In this document: positions 1 through 10,157 of the stretch, in pieces
Numbering within the stretch: the first letter of the stretch is position 1
How the letters are laid out: every line of letters starts with the position of its first letter
Assembly (NCBI GenBank): GCA_964567515.1
Contig: CAZMMW010000002.1
Coordinates: 1 to 37,330, forward strand
Direction: 5' to 3'
Source of the DNA: an uncultured Gammaproteobacteria bacterium
GTDB taxonomy: Bacteria > Patescibacteriota > Patescibacteriia > Veblenbacterales > UBA10138
DNA length: 37,330 nucleotides
Position numbers and translations under genes: made by a program
Notes under the pieces: model-generated
Told to the model about the DNA's origin: nothing
Databases searched by the model: none
The model's input: only the letters and a program-made list of their open reading frames with translations

Positions 1-226
1 CTAGAAATGGCACCAAGAGTCTTAGAGCGTGTCACCATCGGATGTTGACTGTACAATACTTAAGTATGCGACTGAGCGGGGTTAATTAGCCTCTTACACC
101 AAGTCCCCAAAGAATTTTGTAAACCTTGCTAAATTTTGGTACCAGACCGGGCAACACAGTTAGCTATATTTCAACCACCTGACGATGGAAACCTTTAATA
201 AATAAAAAGACCCGGTGATATTGTTA

Positions 227-1009
227 CTAGACTGTATATTTCTTCCTAGTTAAAAACCACAAACTTAACAATAATAATAACCCTGCGATAAACATACCAC
301 TACGCACACCTAGGATTAGTAACTGCTCATCAACTCTAATAAATTCCAAAACAAAACGAACTAAAGAAGCTAAAATTAAATAGCTTAAACATATAGCGCC
401 AGCGATATGCGGCTTTTTTATCATCTGCCATAAGATAATGAAAATAACTACCAGTGCCAGAGATTCATATAAAAAAACAGGATGAAACTGTTCAGTTAAA
501 ATATATTGAGTTGGTCTAAACTCCGGAGCAATATAAATTCCCCAAGGCAAAGTAGTTGGTAAACCAAAAAGCTCCTGATTAAAATAATTACCCCAACGGC
601 CAATAGCCTGCCCTATAGCCACGGCCGGAGCCAGCATATCTAAAATTGGCCACAATTGGTCTTTATATTTTTTTATATACCACCATACAGCTAGTAATCC
701 TCCTAATAAACCTCCATGGATAGATAATCCACCATTCCACACTTGCCACCATAAATTCGGATCCATTTTAAAAATCGGCCATTCAAATAAAAATACATCT
801 AACAAACGTGCTCCCAACAAACCAGCGATCACTAAAATTAATACTAACATATCGAGTTGAATCAGTGACCTGCCTGACCTATGCCACAGTCTTTCAAAAA
901 TTATATATCCCGTTATTAACGCCAACACCACCAACAAACCATACCAGTGTATATTAAACGGACCGATGTTTAATAAAACAGGAGTCGGCTCATAGGTTTG
1001 CCAAAACAT
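227..1009 (-). CDS. lgt: prolipoprotein diacylglyceryl transferase
   Basis: 260-aa polytopic membrane ORF with ATG at 1009. Carries Lgt-family motifs HGGLLGG and GRWGNYFNQELFG. Confidence 0.9.
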   Translation of the reverse strand: MFWQTYEPTPVLLNIGPFNIHWYGLLVVLALITGYIIFERLWHRSGRSLIQLDMLVLILVIAGLLGARLLDVFLFEWPIFKMDPNLWWQVWNGGLSIHGGLLGGLLAVWWYIKKYKDQLWPILDMLAPAVAIGQAIGRWGNYFNQELFGLPTTLPWGIYIAPEFRPTQYILTEQFHPVFLYESLALVVIFIILWQMIKKPHIAGAICLSYLILASLVRFVLEFIRVDEQLLILGVRSGMFIAGLLLLLSLWFLTRKKYTV

Positions 1010-1021
1010 AAAATTTTTACG

Positions 1022-1651
1022 TTAGCTACCTAATAATTTCTTTTGAATAATATCTTTAAGTTCGGAAAAACTTTTTTCAAACTGAACTTGCTCTCCATTC
1101 ACAAAAAAGGTGGGAGTAGAGTTAAGATTACGATTGTTAGCTTCCTGCATATCATTACGCACCACCTGATCTTTGGCTCGTGAATCAAGACAAGCTGTGA
1201 ATTTGTCCGAATCTAACTTTAGCTCTTTACTGTAACCAATCAAATCGCTACGATCAAAGCGCGGTCGACCACCAATATTTTGATTAGTAAATAACAAATC
1301 ATGATACTCCCAAAATTTACCTTGATCATTGGCGCATTCTGAAGCTAACGCTGCTCTGAAAGCATAAGGATGAATAGAAACCAAAGGAAAATGTTTATAA
1401 TATAAAACAACGCGACTGCTAAAAGTGTTTAATATCTCCTTAATTAGTGGCTGTACAGCACCACAGGAAGAGCATTGAAAATCAGAAAATTCCTCTATAA
1501 TTATTTTTGCTTCAGGTGAGCCAAGACTCGGACGAGGTGTATTGATTTCCGGATACTCTGGTTTATTAGAACCTTGCCAAATAGTCAAGGCTATAATAAA
1601 TATTACTGCTATAATACCAGACAACCAGCCAATTTTTGCTTGTTTGGTCAT
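1022..1651 (-). CDS. membrane-anchored DsbA-like thiol:disulfide oxidoreductase (CSSC site)
   Basis: N-terminal TM helix followed by a thioredoxin fold with FQCSSC. A DsbA-like C-terminal TPTFFVNG (cis-Pro loop) is present. Confidence 0.8.
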   Translation of the reverse strand: MTKQAKIGWLSGIIAVIFIIALTIWQGSNKPEYPEINTPRPSLGSPEAKIIIEEFSDFQCSSCGAVQPLIKEILNTFSSRVVLYYKHFPLVSIHPYAFRAALASECANDQGKFWEYHDLLFTNQNIGGRPRFDRSDLIGYSKELKLDSDKFTACLDSRAKDQVVRNDMQEANNRNLNSTPTFFVNGEQVQFEKSFSELKDIIQKKLLGS

Positions 1652-1659
1652 ATTTTTTA

Positions 1660-2451
1660 CTAATTATTTGTAGTAGTCAAAACTTGATCCAAAATACTCT
1701 TTAACTGTTCAATCGGAACAGCGCCTGCTACTGCCTGTCCATTAATAAAGACGGTGGGCGTTCCGCTCACACCATAAGAGCTACCTTCTTGTAGATCAGC
1801 TTGAACTTTAGAGGCAAATTCACCGCTGTCTAAACAGGAAGTAAATTGGGTTTGATTAAGACCTAGCTCAGAAGCGAGTTTGGGAAGATTATCTAAAGCA
1901 AAACCAGTACCGCCGGCTTTGGTGCGGGCAAAAATGGCATCAATATAAGCCCAGTACTTATCAGCGCCACCCAGTTTACCAGCGCATTCAGCGGCTTCAG
2001 CTTCTTTTTGGGCATTAGCATGAAAAGATAAGGGGAAATGTCGATAAACCCAAGCTATTTTATCACCGTATTGCGTCATTATTTCCTTCATTGATTGATG
2101 AAAAGTCTTGCAATAAGGGCATTCGAGATCCGAGTACTCCACTAATAATACTTTCGCGTTTTTATTACCCCTGACATAATCGCTGTTTTTTAAAGAGATG
2201 GTTGGTTTATTATATTGATTATTTGCCTGCTGTTCAGAATTGTTATTTACAACTGTACCTGCTACTGAACTATTGCTAGTTTTTTTAAAAGAAATCTGGG
2301 CTGTAGCGGTCAAAATCCAGGCTATTAAACTGACAGCGGCCACGCCGGTTACTACACCAAAAATAAAAGCCAATTTAGGAGAAACTCCTACAAATAAGCT
2401 TGGTTTAATAGGATTGGTGGGTAGATTTTCAATTGTTGGTATATCTGACAT
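1660..2451 (-). CDS. membrane-anchored DsbA-like thiol:disulfide oxidoreductase (CPYC site)
   Basis: TM anchor, LECPYCK CxxC motif, GTPTVFINGQ cis-Pro loop. Paralogous to its two neighbours. Confidence 0.8.
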   Translation of the reverse strand: MSDIPTIENLPTNPIKPSLFVGVSPKLAFIFGVVTGVAAVSLIAWILTATAQISFKKTSNSSVAGTVVNNNSEQQANNQYNKPTISLKNSDYVRGNKNAKVLLVEYSDLECPYCKTFHQSMKEIMTQYGDKIAWVYRHFPLSFHANAQKEAEAAECAGKLGGADKYWAYIDAIFARTKAGGTGFALDNLPKLASELGLNQTQFTSCLDSGEFASKVQADLQEGSSYGVSGTPTVFINGQAVAGAVPIEQLKSILDQVLTTTNN

Positions 2452-2513
2452 ATTTTATTTTTTTAATTATTAAAAACGTAACCCCTAGTATAACATACTC
2501 CCTTTAATGGAGT

Positions 2514-3218
2514 CTATTTTGTTGTTTGGTCGAATTTTTGTTTAACCGCAACGGTAATCAACTTCTGCCAATCAGCTAAACTTATAACCCCCTCAAATTT
2601 ATAACCATTAACAAACCAAGTAGGCGTGCCCGTCGCGCCGGCGTTACCGCCATCTTTTAGATCTTGATTAATTTCATACAAAACAGAGGGGGAATTAAGA
2701 CATTGATTAAAAGTAACCAGATTTAACGACAAGTTTTGGGCTAACGTCGTATAAAGATCAGGAGATAATTTATCCTGATTAGCAAACAAAGCATCATGAT
2801 ACTGCCAATATTTACCTTGAGCAGAGGCGCAATTAGCAGCCTGAGCAGCAGCCACTGCTTGAGGATTTAAAGAACTTAAAGGAAAATCTCTAACTTGAAA
2901 TCTAACCACCTCTGGATATCGTTGTAAAAGCTGTTTAATAATGGATTCCGCTTCCCGAGAATAGGGGCACTGAAAATCAGTAAACTCAACAATTACTACT
3001 GGCGCGTCAATTAAGCCCCTGGCTGGATCATCGGCGGTATAAACTTGGGTCACAATTGGTTGATTAACCGCTGCTTGATTAATGTTGTTTTCCTTAATAA
3101 ACAAATCTAAAACCTTAGGCAAGCCAAACCACAGAATCAAAAATAAAACCAATATGATGAACCACGTTTTCTTAAACCATGGTCGAGCTTGAGTTAAATT
3201 AATTTTTACTTCGTCCAT
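2514..3218 (-). CDS. DsbA-like thioredoxin-fold protein with degenerate CPYS site
   Basis: TM anchor, FQCPYS (second Cys of the CxxC replaced by Ser), GTPTWFVNG loop. Confidence 0.75.
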   Translation of the reverse strand: MDEVKINLTQARPWFKKTWFIILVLFLILWFGLPKVLDLFIKENNINQAAVNQPIVTQVYTADDPARGLIDAPVVIVEFTDFQCPYSREAESIIKQLLQRYPEVVRFQVRDFPLSSLNPQAVAAAQAANCASAQGKYWQYHDALFANQDKLSPDLYTTLAQNLSLNLVTFNQCLNSPSVLYEINQDLKDGGNAGATGTPTWFVNGYKFEGVISLADWQKLITVAVKQKFDQTTK

Positions 3219-3222
3219 AAAC

Positions 3223-3966
3223 TTAAAACCAAGGATGATAATGAAAAATAGCTACCAACCAAGCCATTGCTTGATGCCACCAACCTAATAATAATAGTAA
3301 ACCAAAAATCACAATCAGCCAACCTGCTAAACGATGAAATAGAAATAAACCGGTTTGTTGTTTTTTCCACCAAGGATAAATCTTGGCAAACAATAAAGCC
3401 AGAATAAGAAAAGGTGTGCCTAAACCTAAAGTAAAACCAACCAACCACCAAGCGCCTTGCCATAAATCAGTAGAAAAAACTCCGGTCCAGACCAAAATAG
3501 TTGCCAACACCGGTCCAATACAAGGCGTCCAGCCCAAAGCCAAAGTAGCGCCGCTCAAAAAAATATTAACTGCCTGAGATCGTTTAGTTAAATGATTTAT
3601 CCTAAATCCCCAAGATCGGTAAAGCCATGATATTTTAAACCATTCTAAAAAATAAGCGCCTAATATTATTAAAAATAAGCCTCCTAACCTTTCTAATATC
3701 TGCCGCCATTGTCGTAAAAATTGCCCCACGGCGCTAGCGGTCAAACCTAATAAAAAAAAGATTACACCAAAACCACAAATAAATATTAAACTATTTAATA
3801 CTATTCGTCTTCTGTCATGAAAAGTCTGCTCTTGAGATAACTGGGAAATGCTCATACCTGAAATCATTGATAAAAAAACGGGTAATACCGGCCAAAAGCA
3901 GGGAGCTAAAAATGCTGTTACACCTGCCAGCCAAGCTATTGCAAAATTCACTCCTTCAGTAGACAT
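3223..3966 (-). CDS. ccdA: CcdA/DsbD-family thiol-disulfide electron transporter
   Basis: Polytopic membrane protein with two conserved Pro-Cys motifs: FLAPCFWPVLP and GWTPCIGPVL. Confidence 0.8.
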   Translation of the reverse strand: MSTEGVNFAIAWLAGVTAFLAPCFWPVLPVFLSMISGMSISQLSQEQTFHDRRRIVLNSLIFICGFGVIFFLLGLTASAVGQFLRQWRQILERLGGLFLIILGAYFLEWFKISWLYRSWGFRINHLTKRSQAVNIFLSGATLALGWTPCIGPVLATILVWTGVFSTDLWQGAWWLVGFTLGLGTPFLILALLFAKIYPWWKKQQTGLFLFHRLAGWLIVIFGLLLLLGWWHQAMAWLVAIFHYHPWF

Positions 3967-4541
3967 AAATATAATACTTGCTTAACTAACTTGTTTCTAA
4001 CGAATGTTACTATCATTGCTACCGCCAATACTGTTAAAACAGCCACCGTTATGTCTTTGATTAAAGAATTTAACAACCAAAAGCCATTACCTAAAAAATA
4101 TCCCACTACAATAAATAACACCGACCACAATAAACTGGTTAACAAATCTATTTTTAAAAACCCCTTGAAGTTCATTTTACTGACGCCAGCCAATAAAATT
4201 GATAGATGACCAAAGGAATAAATAAATTTGGTGACAAATAAAGTCTTTTTGCCGTTTTTAAAAAAATGTTGTTCAGTAGATTGTAATCTTGATCTGCTAA
4301 ACCACAATATCCGACCCCATTTATCTAAAAGCGGACACCCGCCTCGCTCACCTAATTTAAACCACAGAATACCGCCTATGGCCACTCCTGCATAAGTTAC
4401 CAATAAAGTCCAATATAAATTCAAAGTCTCATTGGAGACTAACCAACCGGTAGCTAAAGGAAAAATTTCTCCTTCTATGACTACCCCAAAAACAAAAAAA
4501 ATATAACCGTAGCTAGCAAGTAAAAAAGCGATGGTTTCCAT
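3948..4541 (-). CDS. DedA/VTT-domain family membrane protein
   Basis: 197-aa multi-TM ORF with DedA-like layout. Overlaps the ccdA start by 19 nt. Confidence 0.65.
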   Translation of the reverse strand: METIAFLLASYGYIFFVFGVVIEGEIFPLATGWLVSNETLNLYWTLLVTYAGVAIGGILWFKLGERGGCPLLDKWGRILWFSRSRLQSTEQHFFKNGKKTLFVTKFIYSFGHLSILLAGVSKMNFKGFLKIDLLTSLLWSVLFIVVGYFLGNGFWLLNSLIKDITVAVLTVLAVAMIVTFVRNKLVKQVLYLCLLKE

Positions 4542-4556
4542 AAACCTTATTTAGCT

Positions 4557-6011
4557 TTAAAAGTCTGGTAAACTAAATTCTCCTCGTGCCTGCTCATAAA
4601 CATAAGCCATCTGCAATAATAAATTTTCTGACCAGGCCGGGCCGATGAACTGCAGTCCTACTGGTAAATGATCCGCCAAACCACAAGGTACCGAAATAGC
4701 GGGCAAACCGGCAATACTGGCTGGTACGGTATTAACATCAGCTAAATACATGGCCAAAGGATCGGTAGTTTTCTCCCCCAGTCTAAAAGCTGTAGAGGGC
4801 GTAGTTGGCCCGATTACTGCATCTACTTGCTGAAAAACTTTTTTAAAATCATTTTTAATGGCCTGACGGGCTAAAATCGCCTGACGATAATAAGCGTCAT
4901 AATAACCGGCCGACAGAACATAAGTACCCAAAATAATACGTCGTTTAACCTCGCCGCCTAATAATTGACCGCGTGTTTTAGTGTAAAGAGTAAATAAATT
5001 AGGAGAACTAACAGTCTGGCCATAACGCAACCCATCGTAACGCGCCAAATTGGCACTGACCTCAGCGGGAGTAATAATATAATAGGTAGCCACGGCTAAA
5101 GACATGTTAGGTAAACTAACCTCTACTATCTGATGACCAAGATCTTGTATTATTTTGATAGCTTGTTTAACCGCGATTTCTACTTTGTTATCTAAACCTT
5201 CGGTAAAAAATTCCCGGGCCATACCCAAACGCAATTTTTTAGGCTCTTGTTTTAATAATTTAATATAATCAGGTACTGCTTGCTGTTGACTAGTAGCATC
5301 ATGCGCGTCACTGCCGGCGATGACTTGTAAGACCTGCGCTGCATCTCTGACTGTTGTAGCCAATGGTCCAACTGTATCAAAAGAGGAAGCCATGGCTATT
5401 AAACCATAACGAGATACGCGGCCATACGTTGGCTTGATTCCAACTAAACCACAAAAACTAGCTGGTTGTCTGATAGAACCGGCCGTATCGCTAGCTAATG
5501 ACACCATACATTCTCTGGCTGCCACAGCCGCTGCCGCACCTGATGATGAACCACCGGGTATATGTTTAAGATCCCACGGATTACAAGTGACCTGATAGGC
5601 AGAATTTTCCCCCGACGCTCCCATAGCAAATTCATCGCAATTGGTTTTGCCTAAAATGATGGCATCGGCCGCTAATAACCGATCTACCGCCGTGGCATTA
5701 TAAGGCGGCAGATAATTCTGTAACATTTTAGAAGCAGCAGTAGTTACAATATCCTTGGTCATTAACACATCTTTAATTGACACCGGTATCCCATACAAAC
5801 CGCCTAGTGTTTCACCGGCAGCAATTTTTTTATCAATGGTTTTTGCTTGAATTAAGGCCAACTTATCTGTCACTTGCAAATAAGCTTTAATTTTATTATC
5901 TAATTTAGCAATACGATCCAAATAAACCTTAGTTATCTCTACTGCCGACCAGTCACCTTTTTTTAAACCAGCCTGCACTTGACTAATAGATAAATTTAAT
6001 AAATAACTCAT
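4557..6011 (-). CDS. gatA: Asp/Glu-tRNA amidotransferase subunit A
   Basis: 484 aa with amidase signature GGSSSGAAAAVA and KDV/GKTNCDEFAMG motifs. Sits immediately downstream of gatC. Confidence 0.95.
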   Translation of the reverse strand: MSYLLNLSISQVQAGLKKGDWSAVEITKVYLDRIAKLDNKIKAYLQVTDKLALIQAKTIDKKIAAGETLGGLYGIPVSIKDVLMTKDIVTTAASKMLQNYLPPYNATAVDRLLAADAIILGKTNCDEFAMGASGENSAYQVTCNPWDLKHIPGGSSSGAAAAVAARECMVSLASDTAGSIRQPASFCGLVGIKPTYGRVSRYGLIAMASSFDTVGPLATTVRDAAQVLQVIAGSDAHDATSQQQAVPDYIKLLKQEPKKLRLGMAREFFTEGLDNKVEIAVKQAIKIIQDLGHQIVEVSLPNMSLAVATYYIITPAEVSANLARYDGLRYGQTVSSPNLFTLYTKTRGQLLGGEVKRRIILGTYVLSAGYYDAYYRQAILARQAIKNDFKKVFQQVDAVIGPTTPSTAFRLGEKTTDPLAMYLADVNTVPASIAGLPAISVPCGLADHLPVGLQFIGPAWSENLLLQMAYVYEQARGEFSLPDF

Positions 6012-6020
6012 ATTATATTT

Positions 6021-6299
6021 TTAACCAAAAACTGGTGGCGCCTTGATCAATCGGTTTCTATCTGTTTTATCATCAATTAATAGTCTATTATCCACTAAAA
6101 AATCTTTAATTTGATCCGCTCTTAAACCAGAGCCCCTTGACTCTGGATCATTAGTGACTTGACTGGCCAATTCTTTAACTTTTTTAACATAATTTAAAAT
6201 ATCCCCTAATTCATGTCTTAGGCGTTCCTGCTCTGAAGTGTTTAAATCTAGCCGAGCCAAAGCCGTCAATTTGGTTACTTCAGATAATTCTATTGCCAT
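6021..6299 (-). CDS. gatC: Asp/Glu-tRNA amidotransferase subunit C
   Basis: 92 aa with a typical GatC N-terminus (VTKLTALARLDL..E....L..IL.YV). Adjacent to gatA. Confidence 0.85.
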   Translation of the reverse strand: MAIELSEVTKLTALARLDLNTSEQERLRHELGDILNYVKKVKELASQVTNDPESRGSGLRADQIKDFLVDNRLLIDDKTDRNRLIKAPPVFG

Positions 6300-6433
6300 A
6301 TTTAAATTTTACCTCCAATGGATTATTTTGCAAAGTTTTATACTATCACTTGTTGGCTGCTTATTTAAATCAAAAACTCCCCTATTTCTGCCTAAAGATA
6401 ATAAAAAATCGGTAAAATAAAATGGAAAAAATT

Positions 6434-8431
6434 TTAATCTACCAACTTCAAAAATTCATTCTCGTTAATAATTTTAACGCCCAACCGTCTAGCTTTATCT
6501 GCCTTACTACCGGGATCACTACCTACTACCACTAAATCGGTTTCTTTGCTGACTGATTCGCTAATCTTACCGCCAGCTTGCCTAACAGCCCGCTTGGCTC
6601 CTTCTCTGGTAAATTTTTCTAAAGTGCCAGTTACCACTACTGTCTGATCGCTTAGTCGACCCAACTTAGGTGAGGAAACTGTTTTGATAATGATGCCTAA
6701 ATCTTGTAATCGCCTGACAAATTTTTGATTAATACTCTGGTGAAAAAAATTATAAATACTCTTAGCTACCACTGGTCCAATATCCGCCACCTCTTCTAGT
6801 TCTGACAAATCGGCTTGCTGCAAACGATCCAGCTTGCCAAAGTATAAAGCTAAAGCGATAGATGTTTCTTCGCCCACATGACGAATACCCAGAGCATTAA
6901 TAAAACGCGGTAAGTCAATAGTTTTAGCTTTGGCTATTGATGCTATTAAATTTTGTGCTGATTTGGCTGCAAAACGCTCTAATGGCTGTAAATCGTTAAC
7001 AGTCAAAGTAAACAGATCTGCCGCGTCTTTAATTAAACCTTGTTCTAATAACTGTTCCAAAATCTGTGGACCTAAACCATCTATATCAAAACTATTCTTG
7101 CCCACAAAATGATAAAGGCGTTCTCTTAAAACGGCAAAACAATTTTTATTAGTGCAATACCAAGCTGCTTCCCCGGAACGACGTCTGACGATTGAACCGC
7201 ACACTGGACAAACTTCCGGCATAATAAAAACTTTCTCTCTACCGCTGCGCAGTTTGGGCAACGCCTGAACAATATCCGGAATAATATCTCCGGCTTTTTG
7301 TACAATTACCGTATCACCAATCCGAACATCAAGGCGTTTAATTTCATCTTCGTTATGCAAAGTGGCGCGGGATACAGTCGTGCCAGCCAATTTGACCGGT
7401 TCTAATATAGCCACTGGTGTTAAAGTTCCGGTTCTACCCACCTGCACTATAATATTTTTGACTTTAGTAGCGGCTTGCTCGGCAGGAAATTTAAAAGCAA
7501 TCATCCAGCGTTCAGCTTTACCTACACTGCCTAAACGTCGCTGCTGTTTAATATCATTAACCACCAAAACCACGCCATCGGTTTGGTAAGGTAATTTTTG
7601 TCTTTTGCTCTCCCCGGCCTTAAGATACTCCGCCACTGATAAAAAATTAGACAACAGACGACAATGAGGATTGGTTTTAAATCCTAATTGTTTTAATAGA
7701 TCATGTACTTCGTGATGAGTAGTTTGTCCTATGTCAGTTAATATCTCAAAAGCGTAAAAATCCATCCGCCGCGAAGCCGCAATTTTAGGATCAAGTTGCC
7801 GAATAGAACCGGCTGCCAAATTACGTGGATTAGCAAAAGCAGGCAAACCTTGGGCCTGCTGTTGACGATTAATACGCTCTAATTCTTCTTTATAAATTAC
7901 CACTTCGCCTCTAACTTCTAAAGGCGACGGTAAGTGCCGATCAATCTGCTCTAAACGCAATGGTATGCTTTCTATAGTACGTAAATTAGAAGTAACATCT
8001 TCCCCTACTAAGCCGTTACCGCGAGTGGTTCCCCTTACCAATAACCCCTGTTCATAAGTTAAAACGATAGACAAGCCATCCATTTTTAATTCGCCATAAT
8101 AACCGGTAATTTTTTCTTTTAATAATTTTTCATTTCGTTCCTGCCACTCTTTAATTTCTTCTAAATTAAAAACATCTTCAATAGAAATCACGGGACGAGA
8201 GTGCTTAACTTTCTTAAATTCAGCCAACGGTTCACCACCCACGCGTTGCGTAGGAGAATCGGGCGTAATTAAATCAGGATACTGCTGTTCTAATTTAAAT
8301 AATTCGTGTTTTAAATAATCCCAAGCAGAGTCTGAAATATCTGATTTATCTAAAACATGATAAAGATAGCGATGATGATTAATCTCTGCTTTTAATTTTT
8401 TAATACGTTCAGCCGCTTGCTGTTTGGTCAT
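6434..8431 (-). CDS. ligA: NAD-dependent DNA ligase
   Basis: Motifs KMDG (adenylation Lys), a Zn-finger (CPVCGS...C..KNC), HhH repeats and a C-terminal BRCT (VVTGTL). The track ORF starts at a TTG (8452). ATG at 8431 (MTKQQAAERI) fits the family N-terminus better. Confidence 0.93.
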   Translation of the reverse strand: MTKQQAAERIKKLKAEINHHRYLYHVLDKSDISDSAWDYLKHELFKLEQQYPDLITPDSPTQRVGGEPLAEFKKVKHSRPVISIEDVFNLEEIKEWQERNEKLLKEKITGYYGELKMDGLSIVLTYEQGLLVRGTTRGNGLVGEDVTSNLRTIESIPLRLEQIDRHLPSPLEVRGEVVIYKEELERINRQQQAQGLPAFANPRNLAAGSIRQLDPKIAASRRMDFYAFEILTDIGQTTHHEVHDLLKQLGFKTNPHCRLLSNFLSVAEYLKAGESKRQKLPYQTDGVVLVVNDIKQQRRLGSVGKAERWMIAFKFPAEQAATKVKNIIVQVGRTGTLTPVAILEPVKLAGTTVSRATLHNEDEIKRLDVRIGDTVIVQKAGDIIPDIVQALPKLRSGREKVFIMPEVCPVCGSIVRRRSGEAAWYCTNKNCFAVLRERLYHFVGKNSFDIDGLGPQILEQLLEQGLIKDAADLFTLTVNDLQPLERFAAKSAQNLIASIAKAKTIDLPRFINALGIRHVGEETSIALALYFGKLDRLQQADLSELEEVADIGPVVAKSIYNFFHQSINQKFVRRLQDLGIIIKTVSSPKLGRLSDQTVVVTGTLEKFTREGAKRAVRQAGGKISESVSKETDLVVVGSDPGSKADKARRLGVKIINENEFLKLVD

Positions 8432-8452
8432 AAATGTTAACTCAAATTTCAA

Positions 8453-8541
8453 ATCGCAAAACTCAAAACTACAGCTTAAAATTTAAAACTTTTGAATTTT
8501 GAGTTATGGTTTTACGTTTTGAGTTTTAACTTTTGAGATTA
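8453..8541. repeat. AT-rich imperfect palindrome (caaaac/gttttg type) between ligA and the pseudopilin operon
   Basis: aaaactcaaaac (about 8460) pairs with gttttgagtttt (about 8516), with further inner complementary segments. Confidence 0.6.
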
Positions 8542-9402
8542 TTATTTAACAATCGTTTGTTCAGAAAAGATGACATAATCAGGAAAACCATAGACCGGCA
8601 AATTACGCGGCACGATAGTTCTTAAAATCTGTTGAATACTTGACTTCTCTCCCCGGCTTTTAACATCTAAATAATTAAGTAAAGTAACTCCTGGTGGTTT
8701 TGGTGAGATTTTTAGATTAACTATCTTGCCACGCAAAGCTTTTAATCTTAATTGATAAACTGTTCCTGCAAAAGGATAATTACCACTTTCATTGTTAACT
8801 GATTGACAAACACCTTCTTCGTTGGCATTGCAATTATAAGGTACGCCGCTATTAGGGCGAAAAATTTGGCTAAGACCACTATTATCCACCATCACATATG
8901 ACACTTCCAATAAAGGTAAAGACAAGGGATCAGCACCAAAAGGTTGATTCCAATTAAAAATAAATCCCTCAACTCCGTCCGCTGGATCTAAATCCAATTG
9001 AAAAGTATCATTAGTGTCCAATATTGGCACTTCTAGAATAGTCGCTGGTCCTATTTGCTGTTGACATTTAATCTGTGTACAACCGATATTATTACCGGCA
9101 CACTCGTTGGTAGTAGGGTAAACTTGTGGTAGTAAACAATCTTGATATTGATTATTATAATCACAATTATTTGGTTCGCTGCAAATATTTCTTTGCCTCA
9201 CATCATAAATAATTTTTTCTAAACCGCTTTCGGCTGAAAAATAAGCCACCAAACCGCTGTCCATGGCTGATGATTGCCTAACCTCGCTAATAACTAACAC
9301 CGCCACTGCCAAAGCTCCAGCTATGCCGGTAGCCAAAAGCAATAATGACATAATTAAAACATTGCCCGGCTGAAGTTTAAATTGATTGATAAAATAAAGC
9401 AT
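8542..9402 (-). CDS. PilX-like minor pilin / pilus-associated protein, Cys-rich
   Basis: N-terminal hydrophobic segment (LIMSLLLLATGIAGALAVAVLVISEVRQ) resembles PilX_N. Contains 8 Cys. Last gene of the pseudopilin operon. Confidence 0.55.
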   Translation of the reverse strand: MLYFINQFKLQPGNVLIMSLLLLATGIAGALAVAVLVISEVRQSSAMDSGLVAYFSAESGLEKIIYDVRQRNICSEPNNCDYNNQYQDCLLPQVYPTTNECAGNNIGCTQIKCQQQIGPATILEVPILDTNDTFQLDLDPADGVEGFIFNWNQPFGADPLSLPLLEVSYVMVDNSGLSQIFRPNSGVPYNCNANEEGVCQSVNNESGNYPFAGTVYQLRLKALRGKIVNLKISPKPPGVTLLNYLDVKSRGEKSSIQQILRTIVPRNLPVYGFPDYVIFSEQTIVK

Positions 9403-9405
9403 AAA

Positions 9406-10038
9406 CTATCTTTTATAATAACGGGCGGTAGTAGTAGTTTGTAAATAAAAAAGTACCCGCTCCGCGGCTTTCAGGTTAGCGCTATAAACATTTAATACTA
9501 TGGTGACCTTCGGTTGAATATCAGCTGTATCCATAGTAACATCATCAGGATAAGGATTAGTTAAAGGATTAATGTAAAAATCCAGTTTACCTATAGCCAG
9601 CCTGGTAGTAGTAATATTATGCCAAACAGAGCCATCGGTAGATAATTGTAGACAAGGTACAGAATAAGAATAACCATCAGCGACGTCGGTACACTCTTGG
9701 CTAGTGCCTACTCTGAATTCTTTTCTCTTATCGCTCTCATCAATGAGTTTGAATGGTGTATTCTTAGCATTAACTGGCACGGGGACTTGTTTATAAGAAT
9801 TAATATAATCAGTATAATTTATTTCTTTGCCGCGTATTTCTCTAGTTAAAACGTCTAATAAATAACGAGCCTCTGTCAAAACAACCTGCAAATCTTTGGT
9901 GCGCCGCTGGGCGCGTTGGACATTAATAAAAATTTCGGCAATTAACAAAGAAGCTAAGGTAAAAATAAACAGCACAATCACCGTTTCCATTAAAGTAAAG
10001 CCCTGTTGACTGTTTGATTTTGATAAAGAAGGATTCAT
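9406..10038 (-). CDS. prepilin-type N-terminal cleavage/methylation domain protein (pseudopilin)
   Basis: Class III signal MNPSLSKSNSQQG|FTLMETVIVLFIF. ATG at 10038 is preferred over the track's TTG at 10053, which lies inside the palindrome. Confidence 0.8.
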   Translation of the reverse strand: MNPSLSKSNSQQGFTLMETVIVLFIFTLASLLIAEIFINVQRAQRRTKDLQVVLTEARYLLDVLTREIRGKEINYTDYINSYKQVPVPVNAKNTPFKLIDESDKRKEFRVGTSQECTDVADGYSYSVPCLQLSTDGSVWHNITTTRLAIGKLDFYINPLTNPYPDDVTMDTADIQPKVTIVLNVYSANLKAAERVLFYLQTTTTARYYKR

Positions 10039-10053
10039 CGTAAGTAAACTCAA

Positions 10054-10157
10054 AACTTAAATCTCAAATCTTAAAACCACAATTCAAAATTTAAAACCGT
10101 TTTTTAGTTCTAAGTTGTGGTTTTGTATTTTGAATTTTGAGATTTGAGTTAACATAA
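10054..10157. repeat. roughly 100-bp intergenic imperfect palindrome, homologous to 11554-11680
   Basis: The left arm aaatctcaaatcttaaaaccacaattcaaaa is complementary (imperfectly) to the right arm ttgtggttttgtattttgaattttgagatttgag. Ends in gagatttgagttaacataa, as does the 11554 copy. Confidence 0.7.

Noticed and set aside
1-226. The non-coding stretch at the left edge, considered as a possible RNA gene (tRNA, 5S, RNase P, tmRNA or SRP).
   Set aside because: - No T-loop or acceptor pattern is present.
- Short resemblances to 5S (ccacctgac, acacag..ttag) are not collinear with a 5S fold.
- No GAGGAAAGTCC-type RNase P motif is present.
- Only very short edge ORFs exist.

This stretch is left unassigned.
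6238-6420. The 60-aa plus-strand ORF in the gatC-ligA intergenic region.
   Set aside because: It overlaps the gatC start in antisense. The remainder is AT-rich intergenic sequence, its product is a hydrophobic low-complexity peptide, and it has no SD.
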